A DNA stretch of 64,000 bases from NCBI GenBank assembly GCA_965246995.1, contig OZ252008.1:883986-947985 (forward strand), given 5' to 3'. How positions within the stretch are numbered: the stretch's first letter is position 1; each line of letters opens with the position of its first letter. The notes beneath the pieces were generated by a model. The model worked only from the letters and a program-made list of their open reading frames with translations. It was not told the DNA's origin and did no database searches. This document shows positions 27,099 to 36,040 of this stretch, in pieces. Source of the DNA: Vicinamibacterales bacterium. GTDB taxonomy: Bacteria; Acidobacteriota; Vicinamibacteria; Vicinamibacterales; UBA8438. Position numbers and translations under genes: made by a program.

Positions 27099-29666
27099 AT
27101 GTCCATGACCACGCAAGCGCCCGTTTCGCAGACGGTCACGCTCCACACGGTTTCGGCGGCGGACAGGCTCGATACCCATGCCGTCGAGCTGCCCGACTAC
27201 GACCGGGAACGATTCGACGACGTCGCCTTCATGACGGCGATGAGCCTGTGCCTGCTGGGCAACTATGCCCAGACCGGTCACTTCGGCGGTCCGCTGGCCT
27301 ACACCCCCTACAACGTGGCTTGCCACCTGGCCGGTCCTGCGCTGGGGGGGCTGCGCTACGACCTGCGCGAGCCGAAGTTCGCCTACGCCGACAAGTTCAT
27401 GCTCGCGGGCGGGCACTGCGTACCGACCTGCTACGCGCTGTGGATGATCCTGTACGAGGCTCTGCGGCGGCAGCATGCGGAGACCGGCGACGCGCGCTTC
27501 GCCTGTGATCCCGAGGTGGCGATCCTGCCGATCGACGCGCTGGGGTTCCGCCGCGGGGCCGGCGCGCTGGCAACACTGCTGAAAGAGAACGGTCTTGACG
27601 ATCATCCCCTCTTCGCCGACGCGAAGGGGCGCGGCATCCGCGCGCTGTCGGGGCATGCAGAGTCCACCGACGCGACCAACGACGTCAACGGCGGCCCGTC
27701 CGGCATCGGCATCGCGACGGCGGCCGGCAAGGCGCTGTTCTGGGACTACATCGGGGCGCCGCCGGGGCTGAAGGTGATGGCGCTCGAAGGGGAGTTCGCG
27801 CTGACCGAAGGGCATGCGCAGGAGCTGAAGAACATCGCCCTGTCGCAGCAGGTCGGCAAGCGGCTCCGGGTGCTCCTCTCACAGAACAACGCGGGAATCG
27901 ACGACAGCCTGATCGGTGGCGTGGTCAAGCCGCACTACACCGGCTACGACATCGCCCAGCAGTGGGTCTCCTGGGGGTGGAACGTCTTCACGGTCGAGAA
28001 CGGTAATGACTTTGATCAGGTCGTCGCGGCGTTCAAGGCGATGGAGGAGTGGCCGGCCGACGATCGCCGGCCAATGATCCTGGTCGGCCCGACTACCAAG
28101 GGCTGGTGGCCCTCGGCCCGCGACGGGCAGATCAACGGGCGGGAACAGATCATCGGTTATCCATCGCATCCCTACGCGTTCAAGATGAACAGCGACTACT
28201 TCGTCACGCTGGCGGAGTCGTTCGAACAGGCCTACGGCATCCGGTTCGAGGGCATTCGGGACGGCGTTCCGGCGACCGAGGCGGATCGGCTGATTCAGTT
28301 CAAGACGAACGTGGACACGGTCATGTCCGTCATGGAGCAGCGGCCGGGGCTGCGCGCATGGATCGCCGAGCAGTTGGTGGACATTGCCGGGACGGTCGAC
28401 CGGTCGCTCTCGCTGCGCATCGACCCGACCGCCAATCCGTTCCTCGACTCCCGCCTGAAGGTGGAAAACCTGCCGGTCGAGCCGCAGGACGTGGTGGTGC
28501 GCAACCCGCACACCGGCGAGGACGTGAAACGGCGGATTGCCCTGTTCCTCGAGTCCGGCGAGAAGAAGGGACCGCGGCGGGCCGTCAGCGAGATCGGGGC
28601 CTGGCTGAACACCGTCACCGGCGGGCGCTTCATGACGATGGCGGCGGATTTGTCCGGCTCGATCAATGTCGAGAAGGCCAATCTGCTCGGGCACTACGAC
28701 CCGGTCGAGAATCCCTACGGCACGCGGCTCAAGGCGGCGATCCAGGAGGCTGGCAACGCGTCGACCGTCATCGGACTGGTCAGCCAGAACGCGTCGACCA
28801 ATCCCAATCAGTACGCCGGGGTGTGGGGGATCTCGGGTACCTACGGCGCGTTCACGCCGCTGATGTACACGCCGGCCCGCGTCTTCTCGCAGATGAATCA
28901 GGACAGCCCCGTAGCACTCGGGATCCTGCACGTGCTGGCTGGCCACTCGGGTCCGGAGACGGCGGCCGACGCGCGCACCCACTTCGGTATCTTCGCTCCG
29001 CAGGTGTGGACGCTGCTGCCGCGCGGCCAGGTCATCAACCTCTATTTCTGGGACTACAACGATGTGGCCCCGGGCTATTTCGCGGCGGTTCAGCAAGCAC
29101 TGGCGGTCAAGGAGATCGGCATCATCGTCATCCACGTCGCGCGGCCCGACTTCGTGGTGTCGGACCGGACAACTTTCGCCGACACCGACCTCAAGGCGGC
29201 CGCCAAGGGGCTCTACCTGATTCGCGAGTTCGACCCTGATGCGGCGCCCATGGGCACCATCTTCGTGCAGGGTTCGAGTTCGACGAAGAACCTCGTCAAC
29301 ATCATTCCGCGACTTGAGGCGTCCGGCCTGAACGTGCGGATCGTGTCCGTCATCAGCACCGAGCTCTTCGCGGTCCAGCCGGCGGGATACCGGGAGCATG
29401 TGGTCCCGGACGCGGCCCGTTACGACTGCATGGTCGTCAGCACGATGACCAAGCGGGTGCCGCCGATGCCAAATCTCGGTGCTCTCACCGAGGAGTACTC
29501 GCTCCATGCCGACTTCGACGACCGGTGGCGGAGCGGGGGCACGGAGCCGGACGTTATCGCCGAGGCGCATCTCGACGAGGAGTCGATCTACCGGGGCATC
29601 GCCCGTTTCGCCCGGGAACGTGCGTCCCGGCTGGAGCGGCAGCGCCAGGCGCTGGACGCGCTCTGA
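27099..29666 (+). CDS. Transketolase-like thiamine-diphosphate enzyme, atypical long form (855 aa)
   Basis: TK-like blocks are present: GHFGGPLAYTPY (compare GHPGG), GGPSGIGIATAAG, and a ThDP/Mg motif region LEGEFALTEGHAQE...SQNNAGID. It is about 190 aa longer than canonical transketolases. Confidence 0.65.
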   Translation: MSMTTQAPVSQTVTLHTVSAADRLDTHAVELPDYDRERFDDVAFMTAMSLCLLGNYAQTGHFGGPLAYTPYNVACHLAGPALGGLRYDLREPKFAYADKFMLAGGHCVPTCYALWMILYEALRRQHAETGDARFACDPEVAILPIDALGFRRGAGALATLLKENGLDDHPLFADAKGRGIRALSGHAESTDATNDVNGGPSGIGIATAAGKALFWDYIGAPPGLKVMALEGEFALTEGHAQELKNIALSQQVGKRLRVLLSQNNAGIDDSLIGGVVKPHYTGYDIAQQWVSWGWNVFTVENGNDFDQVVAAFKAMEEWPADDRRPMILVGPTTKGWWPSARDGQINGREQIIGYPSHPYAFKMNSDYFVTLAESFEQAYGIRFEGIRDGVPATEADRLIQFKTNVDTVMSVMEQRPGLRAWIAEQLVDIAGTVDRSLSLRIDPTANPFLDSRLKVENLPVEPQDVVVRNPHTGEDVKRRIALFLESGEKKGPRRAVSEIGAWLNTVTGGRFMTMAADLSGSINVEKANLLGHYDPVENPYGTRLKAAIQEAGNASTVIGLVSQNASTNPNQYAGVWGISGTYGAFTPLMYTPARVFSQMNQDSPVALGILHVLAGHSGPETAADARTHFGIFAPQVWTLLPRGQVINLYFWDYNDVAPGYFAAVQQALAVKEIGIIVIHVARPDFVVSDRTTFADTDLKAAAKGLYLIREFDPDAAPMGTIFVQGSSSTKNLVNIIPRLEASGLNVRIVSVISTELFAVQPAGYREHVVPDAARYDCMVVSTMTKRVPPMPNLGALTEEYSLHADFDDRWRSGGTEPDVIAEAHLDEESIYRGIARFARERASRLERQRQALDAL

Positions 29667-29688
29667 GACAGGAATCAGGAGGCGAACG

Positions 29689-31494
29689 ATGCATCCCTCG
29701 CTCCCCATGTCACGGTGGATAGCTCTGGGCGTAGTCGCCGCCCTGTCGCTGGCGTCGGGCCCGACGCGGGTGCGCGCGCAGTCTGACGACGCCTTCACGC
29801 CGGTCACCGACGCCATGCTGCAGCAGCCGGCTGACGGCGACTGGCTGACCTGGCGCCGCACCCTGGACAGTTGGGGCTACAGCCCGCTGGACGAGATCGA
29901 CGCCGACAACGTGGGCGATCTGCGCATGGTCTGGTCGCGGGGGCTCACCGACGGCTTTCAGTCGGGCACCCCGCTCGCCTATGGCGGCGTGCTGTACATG
30001 CCGAACCCGAACGATGTCATCCAGGCGCTCGACGCCGTGACCGGCGATCTCATCTGGGAGCATCGCCGCAATGTTCCGGACGACGTCAGCGAGTACCTGT
30101 TCGGGGCGCTCGCCACCAACAACCGCAACATCGCGATCTACGGCCGACTGATCATCGACACGACCGTGGACGACCACATCCACGCGCTCGATGCGGTGAC
30201 CGGCGAGATGGCGTGGGAAACGCAGGTCCTCGACTACAAGGTGAACCCGGCCACACAGGGCGCCGGGCCGATCATCGCCGGCGGCAAGGTGATTTCGGGG
30301 CGCAGCTGCTCTCCCCGCGGCGGGCCGGAGGCGTGCGTGGTGGTCGCGCACGATGCGGTGACGGGAGCCGAGGTATGGCGGCGGCGCCTGATCCCGGGGC
30401 CCGGAGAGCCGGGCGACGAGAGCTGGGGCGGTGTGCCGTTCGAGGAGCGTTTCCACGTCGGCGCCTGGATGGTTCCGAGCTACGACCCCGAGTTGAACCT
30501 CGTCTACGTCGGCACGTCCGTCACCTCACCCGCCCCGAAGTTCATGCTCGGCGGGACGGAGAACAAGCACCTCTACCACAACTCCACCCTGGCCCTCGAC
30601 GCCGACACCGGGGAGATCGTCTGGTACTACCAGCACCTGAACGATCACTGGGATCTCGATCACCCGTTCGAACGGATTCTCGTCGACACCGCGGTGGCCC
30701 CGGATCCCGCGGCCGTGCAGTGGATCAATCCCCGCCTGCGGGCTGGAGAGACACGCCGGGTGCTCACCGGCATTCCGGGCAAGACCGGGGTCGTCTACAC
30801 CCTCGACCGGGCAACGGGGGAGTTCCTGTGGGCGACCCCGACCGTAACCCAGAACGTCATTGGGGACATCAATGGCGCTACCGGGGAGGTGTCCGAGAAC
30901 GCCGAGGTCGTCTTCACCGCGCTGGGCCAGGAGGTCTTCGCCTGTCCCACCTGGAACGGCGGCAAGGACTGGGAGGCGGGCGCCTACAGTCCGCTGACCA
31001 ACACCATGTACATGCCGCTGCGCAACACCTGCGCGCGGATGATGGCGACGCGGGTCTTTGCCGACGACACTCCCGCGGCGCGCACGGAGAGCCGCTCCGA
31101 GACCTACGCGATCGCCTATCGCCACCAGTTGGCGCCGGGCACCGACAACGCCGGCACGGTGCGGGCGATCTCGGCCGAGACGGGGGAGACGGTCTGGCTC
31201 CACGAGCAACGGGCGGCGACCATGTCACTGGTCGCGACTGGCGGCGGACTCGTCTTCGGCGGCGACGTGAACGGCCGCTTCCGGGCCTTCCATCACGAGA
31301 CGGGCGAGGTGCTTTGGGAGATCAACCTCGGGTCGCCGATCACCGGATTCCCGATTACCTACGCCGTCGACGGGCAGCAGTTCGTGGCGGTCAGTACCGG
31401 CACCGGAGGCACCTCGTCGCACTTCACCGCCTTGACGCCGGAGCTGCGGCCGAGCTCGGGAAATACTCTGTTCGTGTTCGCCCTGCCTGAGTGA
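29689..31494 (+). CDS. Secreted PQQ-dependent dehydrogenase (8-bladed propeller quinoprotein)
   Basis: Start at ATG 29689 after the AGGAGG SD. Signal peptide ...PTRVRAQ. N-terminal DGDWLTWRRTLDSWGYSPLDEI block typical of quinoprotein dehydrogenases, with repeated W-motifs. The vicinal Cys-Cys of type I ADH/MDH is absent. Confidence 0.85.
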   Translation: MHPSLPMSRWIALGVVAALSLASGPTRVRAQSDDAFTPVTDAMLQQPADGDWLTWRRTLDSWGYSPLDEIDADNVGDLRMVWSRGLTDGFQSGTPLAYGGVLYMPNPNDVIQALDAVTGDLIWEHRRNVPDDVSEYLFGALATNNRNIAIYGRLIIDTTVDDHIHALDAVTGEMAWETQVLDYKVNPATQGAGPIIAGGKVISGRSCSPRGGPEACVVVAHDAVTGAEVWRRRLIPGPGEPGDESWGGVPFEERFHVGAWMVPSYDPELNLVYVGTSVTSPAPKFMLGGTENKHLYHNSTLALDADTGEIVWYYQHLNDHWDLDHPFERILVDTAVAPDPAAVQWINPRLRAGETRRVLTGIPGKTGVVYTLDRATGEFLWATPTVTQNVIGDINGATGEVSENAEVVFTALGQEVFACPTWNGGKDWEAGAYSPLTNTMYMPLRNTCARMMATRVFADDTPAARTESRSETYAIAYRHQLAPGTDNAGTVRAISAETGETVWLHEQRAATMSLVATGGGLVFGGDVNGRFRAFHHETGEVLWEINLGSPITGFPITYAVDGQQFVAVSTGTGGTSSHFTALTPELRPSSGNTLFVFALPE

Positions 31495-31549
31495 CCAACA
31501 GGTTTCCGTCAACGTCCAGGGAGATGCGGATGGACACGTAAACCACTGA

Positions 31550-33260
31550 TTAACCCGGACTATTCCTGAAGGCTCCAAGATGGCCCCTCGGACGGTGTGA
31601 TCGTCGCGCACACGGCCCGCCGGGCGTCGTTTTCGTCGAGCGCCGGCGGGATGGACACTGATTGCCGGTGCGGAAGGCCTGGGTATGGGGCCGTCCAGGG
31701 ACGGCTTCGCCATGGGCGGGCTCGGTTCGCCGTTGGGCTGCGTGATGCGCGGCTGACGGGCGCTGTCTGGGGTCTATCCGGGGCGGGCGCCGAGTGCCAG
31801 CGCGATGTGCCGCCAGGCGTGGAGGTCCGGTGTGGCGGTCGGCAGGTGCAGGACCACGCGGCGGACCGAGCCGACGACGTGCGCCCCCAATTTGAGGAGC
31901 CGGTCGCGCAGCCACGTCACCTGGGCGCGGGCACAGGCGGTGCGCGCCGCGCGCAGCCGGAGTTCTTGCATCAGCACGTAGGCGGCGGCGGTGAGCAGCA
32001 CGCGCAGTTGATTGGCCCAGAAGCGACAGCAGCTCGTGCGGTCGATCTGCAGGCCATCGAGCAGTTCCTTGATGCGGTTCTCGATGTCGCCGCGGGCGCA
32101 GTAGATCCGTTCATAGAGGAAGCGCGGCGTCTGGCGCAGATTGGTCACGACGAAGCGCGGGTTGTCGCGCGGCTCGCGGTCGCCGAGCCGGACGACCTCG
32201 GCCTTGATCACGACGCGGCGGTCGCGGTCCCACGTGCGGGCCCGATAGCGGGTGTCGGCGTAGACCTGCGCGGTCTGGCCGCTGGCCGCGCTCTGGGCCT
32301 GCGCCACGAGCAGGGCGGGCTCGGCGTGGCGCTGCAACACGGCGTTCCTGGCCATCGCCACCACGTAGTCAAGCCGTGGCTCGGCATCCAGGAAGTCGAA
32401 GATCTCCGGCGTCGCAAAGCCCCCGTCGAGCCGCACGAGAAACCGCGCCTGGGGAAAGGCCTGCCGCAGCAGGGGCAGCAGCCGGCACAACACGCCCACG
32501 GTCCCGCGGGTGGCCGGCACATTTCCGAGCCGCAGCACCGCCGCGCACAGATACTGTTCGCGTTCCTTGTCGAAGGTCAGAAACGCCAGCAACGGCAGGT
32601 AGCACCAGCTATCGTAGTGCCCGTTGAAGAAGGTGAGCTGCTGGGCGCCGTGCGTCGCGTCGTCGGTCGGATCCAGGTCGATCGTGATCCGCCGCGCCCG
32701 CCCGTCCAGCCGGTGCTGATGCCGCTCGATGACCCGCATCGCCAGCTCGCGTCCCAGCTCGTAGAGGGCGGACCGGCCAACGCCGTTCTCGAACCGCGAG
32801 ATCGTCGGCTGCGAGGCCAACGCCTCCCCCGCCACCGGGTCCCGCCCGAGCAACAGCTTGTGGATCGGGTCGTCGGCGAGGTGGTCGGCGTCGTTGCCAT
32901 CGGGATGACCGCAGGCAATGCCGAAGATCCGCTGTCCGAGCAACTCCGCCAGCGTGTGCCGGATCTTCCCGGGCTCCCGTCGGTCCACCAGACACCGGGC
33001 GAAACCCGCCACCAACCCATACACGCGCTCCGCCGCCTTGAGCAGGACGGCGCCGCCATCGGAACTCGCGTGCCGGCGGTCGAACGTCGCGACGAGGGGC
33101 TTGTCGAAGAGATCCGGAAAGAGGACAGTCTGTGGTATCGTATTGATCGTCACGTAAGGGCCTCCGTGGTGGGTAAATGTCTGTGAGCAAGCCATTTATA
33201 CCACGCGGAGGCTCTTGTTTTTCTACCGTGATCGGACCCTTCCTGAATTATCCGGGTTAA
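31550..33260. mobile_element. IS1380-family insertion sequence (about 1.7 kb)
   Basis: Terminal inverted repeats ttaacccggactattcctgaagg (31550-31572) and ccttcctgaattatccgggttaa (33238-33260), 20/23 complementary. They flank a single DDE transposase gene. No clear target-site duplication was seen. Confidence 0.85.
31774..33195 (-). CDS. IS1380-family DDE transposase
   Basis: 473 aa with characteristic IS1380 blocks (ATFDRRHASSDGGAVLLKAAE, HPDGNDADHLADDP, TISRFEN, IDLDPTDDATHGAQQLTFFNGHYD, ARGDIENRIKEL). Confidence 0.9.
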   Translation of the reverse strand: MACSQTFTHHGGPYVTINTIPQTVLFPDLFDKPLVATFDRRHASSDGGAVLLKAAERVYGLVAGFARCLVDRREPGKIRHTLAELLGQRIFGIACGHPDGNDADHLADDPIHKLLLGRDPVAGEALASQPTISRFENGVGRSALYELGRELAMRVIERHQHRLDGRARRITIDLDPTDDATHGAQQLTFFNGHYDSWCYLPLLAFLTFDKEREQYLCAAVLRLGNVPATRGTVGVLCRLLPLLRQAFPQARFLVRLDGGFATPEIFDFLDAEPRLDYVVAMARNAVLQRHAEPALLVAQAQSAASGQTAQVYADTRYRARTWDRDRRVVIKAEVVRLGDREPRDNPRFVVTNLRQTPRFLYERIYCARGDIENRIKELLDGLQIDRTSCCRFWANQLRVLLTAAAYVLMQELRLRAARTACARAQVTWLRDRLLKLGAHVVGSVRRVVLHLPTATPDLHAWRHIALALGARPG

Positions 33261-33342
33261 TAGTATTTATTACTCACACTCACGATCTGAAGCGGCCGGG
33301 ACGTAGCGTGAAATCCGCTCCATTCCCGCATATAATGAGGGA

Positions 33343-34560
33343 ATGGATGTTGTAGCCAGAACCGCCGTCAGACCCCGCCGAACCAAGCGCCGAGGACGCC
33401 ATCCCGACAAGGCGCTCTCGGCCGCCTTCGTCCGTTCCGCCCCGCCAGGGCGGCACGCGGACGGCAACGGCCTGTACTTGTTCGTCCAGCCCACCGGAAC
33501 GCGAAGCTGGGTCCAGCGGCTCGTCATCCGCGGCCGCCGCCGCGAACTCGGACTCGGCGCCGCCGCGCTCGTCCCGCTCGCCGAGGCGCGCGAGCTGGCC
33601 CTGGCCAACCGCAAGCTCGCCCGTTCCGGCGGCGACCCCCTGTCGGAGAAGCGCCGCGCCGACGGCGTGCCCACCTTCACCGAGGCCGCCGAGCGCGTGC
33701 TCGAGCAGAAGCGCGGCGGCTGGCGCGGTCGGTGGCACGCGCAGAACTGGTGGAAGAGCATGGAGCGCTACGCCTTCCCCCGCATCGGCAGCCGGCCCGT
33801 CTCCGACGTCAACACGGCCGACGTGCTCGAGATCCTCACGCCGATCTGGCACGTCAAGGCCGAGACGGCCCGCGCCGTGCGCCAGCGCATCCGGTCCGTG
33901 CTGGAGTGGGCGATCGCAATGGACCTGCGCAACGACAACCCATGTGATCGCGTGCTGCCGGTGCTCGGTCCGCAGAACGACATCGTGACGCACCGGCAGG
34001 CGCTGCCGCACAAGGACGTGGCTGCAGCCATCGAGACGGTGCGGGGCTCGACGTCGGCGCAGCCGGCCGTCAGGCTGGCGTTCGAGTTCCTCGTGCTGAC
34101 GGCGGCGCGGTCCGGCGAGGTCCGGCTGGCAACGTGGGACGAGATGGACACGAGCGCCCACGTGTGGACCATCTCGGCCACGCGGATGAAGGCGAAGCGT
34201 GAGCACCGGGTCCCCCTGTGCGGCCGTGCGCTGGAGGTCCTCGACGCCGCCAGGACGCTCGGCGACGGCAACCGGCTCGTGTTCCCGATGCGGAGCGGCA
34301 GGCCGATCGCCACGTCGACGCTGCTCAAGATGCTCCAGCAGCACGAGGTCGCGGCCGTGCCGCACGGCTTCCGGTCGTCGTTCCGGGATTGGGCCGCCGA
34401 GGAAACGGATCATCCGCGCGAGGTCATCGAGGCGGCGCTGGCGCACGTCGTCCAGAACAAGGTCGAGGCGGCCTATGCGCGGTCGGACCTGTTCGAGCGC
34501 CGGCGGCGGCTGATGGACGACTGGGCGGCCTATCTCGCGGCGACCCGTCGTCCACGCTGA
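33343..34560 (+). CDS. Tyrosine-type site-specific integrase (P4-like, with N-terminal arm-type DNA-binding domain)
   Basis: 405 aa. DUF4102-type N-terminus (HADGNGLYLFVQPTGTRSWVQRLVIRGRRRELGLG). Catalytic residues in context: ARSGEVRL, HGFRSSFRDW, AYAR. Confidence 0.9.
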   Translation: MDVVARTAVRPRRTKRRGRHPDKALSAAFVRSAPPGRHADGNGLYLFVQPTGTRSWVQRLVIRGRRRELGLGAAALVPLAEARELALANRKLARSGGDPLSEKRRADGVPTFTEAAERVLEQKRGGWRGRWHAQNWWKSMERYAFPRIGSRPVSDVNTADVLEILTPIWHVKAETARAVRQRIRSVLEWAIAMDLRNDNPCDRVLPVLGPQNDIVTHRQALPHKDVAAAIETVRGSTSAQPAVRLAFEFLVLTAARSGEVRLATWDEMDTSAHVWTISATRMKAKREHRVPLCGRALEVLDAARTLGDGNRLVFPMRSGRPIATSTLLKMLQQHEVAAVPHGFRSSFRDWAAEETDHPREVIEAALAHVVQNKVEAAYARSDLFERRRRLMDDWAAYLAATRRPR

Positions 34561-35120
34561 ACGGCCTCCGGAAAACGGCCCTGAGCGGGCACAGGGGGGC
34601 TGGCTGATGCGTTAGCCCGCCCCCTCTGCCCCAGCGGGGCGGCGGGAAAATCGCGCCCGCTGTGCGGGCCTGGCCGTTGCCGCGCTGTGCGCGGCAACGG
34701 AGACGAGCAGCCCAGCTGGCAAAGGGCACAGACAACGACCGCGAGGATGGCCGGCACTGGCGCGCTGGAGGCGTTCGGCGACGATCGCCAGACCTGAGCG
34801 ATGCGGCTGGCAGGCTCGACGCGGCGTGCTGCTGTGTCATGTCATGCTTCGTGCAGACGTGTTCCAGATCCGAATCGAACCGAACTCCGCGACCGCCTCG
34901 CGCGACATCGGGATGAACGGCGCCACCGCGAGGAAGGACGCTGGCGGGGTCGTGGCCGGCACCGGCGCTTTGGGGGCGTTCGTTGAGGAGCACCGAACCG
35001 CGCTGACGAACGACGCGGCCCGCAGAACCGGTCGCGCCCCCCGCCCTCACCGACCGCGAGCCCGAACATCGCACCGCGTGTCAACACGCGCACGCCGTGT
35101 GGCAGTCGGCACGCGAGGGC

Positions 35121-35186
35121 CCCTGGCGCGCTAGGGAACGAGAGGCGTCAAGTCCAATCATCACAGCAACTTGGAGCGAAACTTGG
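35121..35186. repeat. 66-nt direct repeat, copy 1
   Basis: ccctggcgcgctagggaacgagaggcgtcaagtccaatcatcacagcaacttggagcgaaacttgg. It is 58/66 identical to 35307-35372. Confidence 0.8.
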
Positions 35187-35306
35187 GCAGCTTGGCGGCT
35201 CACCCCGAAACTGCCCAAAAACACGCCTCGGTTCCTGCCCCCTGAGCGCCTCGGTTCCTGCCCCCAGGCCGGAAACGTCGGAACATTGACATACGCGTAC
35301 GTCGGA

Positions 35307-35372
35307 CCCTGAGGCGCTAGGGAACGAGAGACGTCAAGTCTAATCAACACAGTAGCTTGGAGCGAAACTCGG
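35307..35372. repeat. 66-nt direct repeat, copy 2
   Basis: ccctgaggcgctagggaacgagagacgtcaagtctaatcaacacagtagcttggagcgaaactcgg. Same orientation as copy 1, 186 nt downstream of it. Confidence 0.8.
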
Positions 35373-35407
35373 ATCGCCCGGGGGTTAGCCCCCGAACCGG
35401 TTGAAGT

Positions 35408-35505
35408 ACCCTGAGCGACCCCGGCCCGGGCCGTAAGACTCCCTGCCCCCACAGAAACGAGGGGGCAGCGCGTCTCACGCCCGAGCCGACCGGGTCGCTC
35501 AGGGT
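35408..35505. other. 98-nt multi-hairpin element closed by a perfect 14-bp helix (candidate structured RNA or recombination site)
   Basis: 35408-35421 (accctgagcgaccc) pairs perfectly with 35492-35505 (gggtcgctcagggt). Inside are the palindrome cggcccgggccg (35422-35433) and an 8-bp hairpin ctgccccc/gggggcag (35443-35468). It ends about 10 nt before integrase remnant 2. Confidence 0.5.
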
Positions 35506-35514
35506 GCATTCTTC

Positions 35515-36040
35515 CTTTGCAGGAAGGCTCTCACGCCGGGAGCGCGGGCTCGAGGCCCGCCCCGACGAACCCGAGGCTCGATCCGGCGGCTTGTCATCCG
35601 CGGACGAGGACGTGAGCTCGGACACGGCGCCGACGGGCTCCTCTCGCTCCATCTGGCACGTCAAGGCCGAGGCAGCCAGGGCGGTGCGCTGGCCAGCGCC
35701 CTCCGGTCCGTGCTCGAGTGGGCCATCGCGATCGACATCGACCTGCGCAACGACAACCCGTGCGACCGGGTGGTGCCGGTCTTCGGCGCGCAGAACGACA
35801 TCGTGACGCGCCGGAAGGCCCTGCCCCACAAGGACGTGGCCGCGGCCATCGAGATGGTGCGGGCGTCGTCGTCGCCGCAGCCCGCCGTCAAGCTGGCGTT
35901 CGAGTTTCTCGTGCTGACGGCCGCGCGGTCGGCGGAGGTCAGACTCTCCACACGGGACGAGATGGACGTGGCCGGGCGCGTGTGGACCGTCCCGGCCCTG
36001 CGGATGAAGGCGAAGCGCGAGCACCGGGTCCCGCTGTGCC
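35515..36040 (+). pseudogene. Integrase remnant 2 (internally deleted, frameshifted paralogue of 33343..34560)
   Basis: The DNA aligns to the intact integrase in two blocks: about 35560-35640 versus about 33520-33600, and 35650-36040 versus 33846-34230. The conserved text IWHVKAE...LEWAIA...LRNDNPCDRV...KLAFEFLVLTAARS.EVRL...RMKAKREHRVPLC is split over two frames. The catalytic C-terminus is missing. Confidence 0.75.

Noticed and set aside
27879-29861. 660-aa ORF on the minus strand
   Set aside because: It is antisense to the transketolase-like gene. Its composition is Arg/Asp/Pro-rich, and the plus-strand frame carries the recognisable ThDP-enzyme blocks.
31597-33186. 529-aa ORF on the plus strand inside the IS
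   Set aside because: It is antisense to the IS1380 transposase, which has clear family blocks. The plus-strand product has none.
34530-34757. 75-aa minus-strand ORF starting MPAILAVVVCALCQLGCSS, which looks like a lipobox
   Set aside because: After the first 19 residues the sequence is Arg/Pro/Ala-rich low complexity. It overlaps the integrase 3' end and the hairpin region, has no SD, and is likely fortuitous.
34850-34900. ccgaatcgaaccg (reverse complement cggttcgattcgg), considered as a possible tRNA 3' half downstream of the integrase
   Set aside because: The stems do not pair and no acceptor or CCA context is present. I cannot support it as a tRNA fragment.
35121-35372. Possible CRISPR array, because the repeat ends in ...gagcgaaac, reminiscent of CRISPR repeat 3' ends
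   Set aside because: There are only two copies. They are 66 nt long, only 88 percent identical and 186 nt apart, and there are no cas genes. This is not a CRISPR architecture.
35375-35400. Integron attC site, considered because an IS91/ISCR-type fragment is nearby and gttagcc occurs in a hairpin
   Set aside because: The R' and R'' core sites (GTTRRRY and RYYYAAC) are not satisfied. The integrase is a P4-type, not an IntI-type.
35081-35509. 142-aa ORF with an internally repeated peptide (VSLQATVLIRLDVSRSLAPQGP and VSLQVAVMIGLDASRSLARQGP)
   Set aside because: The peptide repeat is only the translation of the 66-nt DNA repeat on the opposite strand. There is no start context and no protein-like features.
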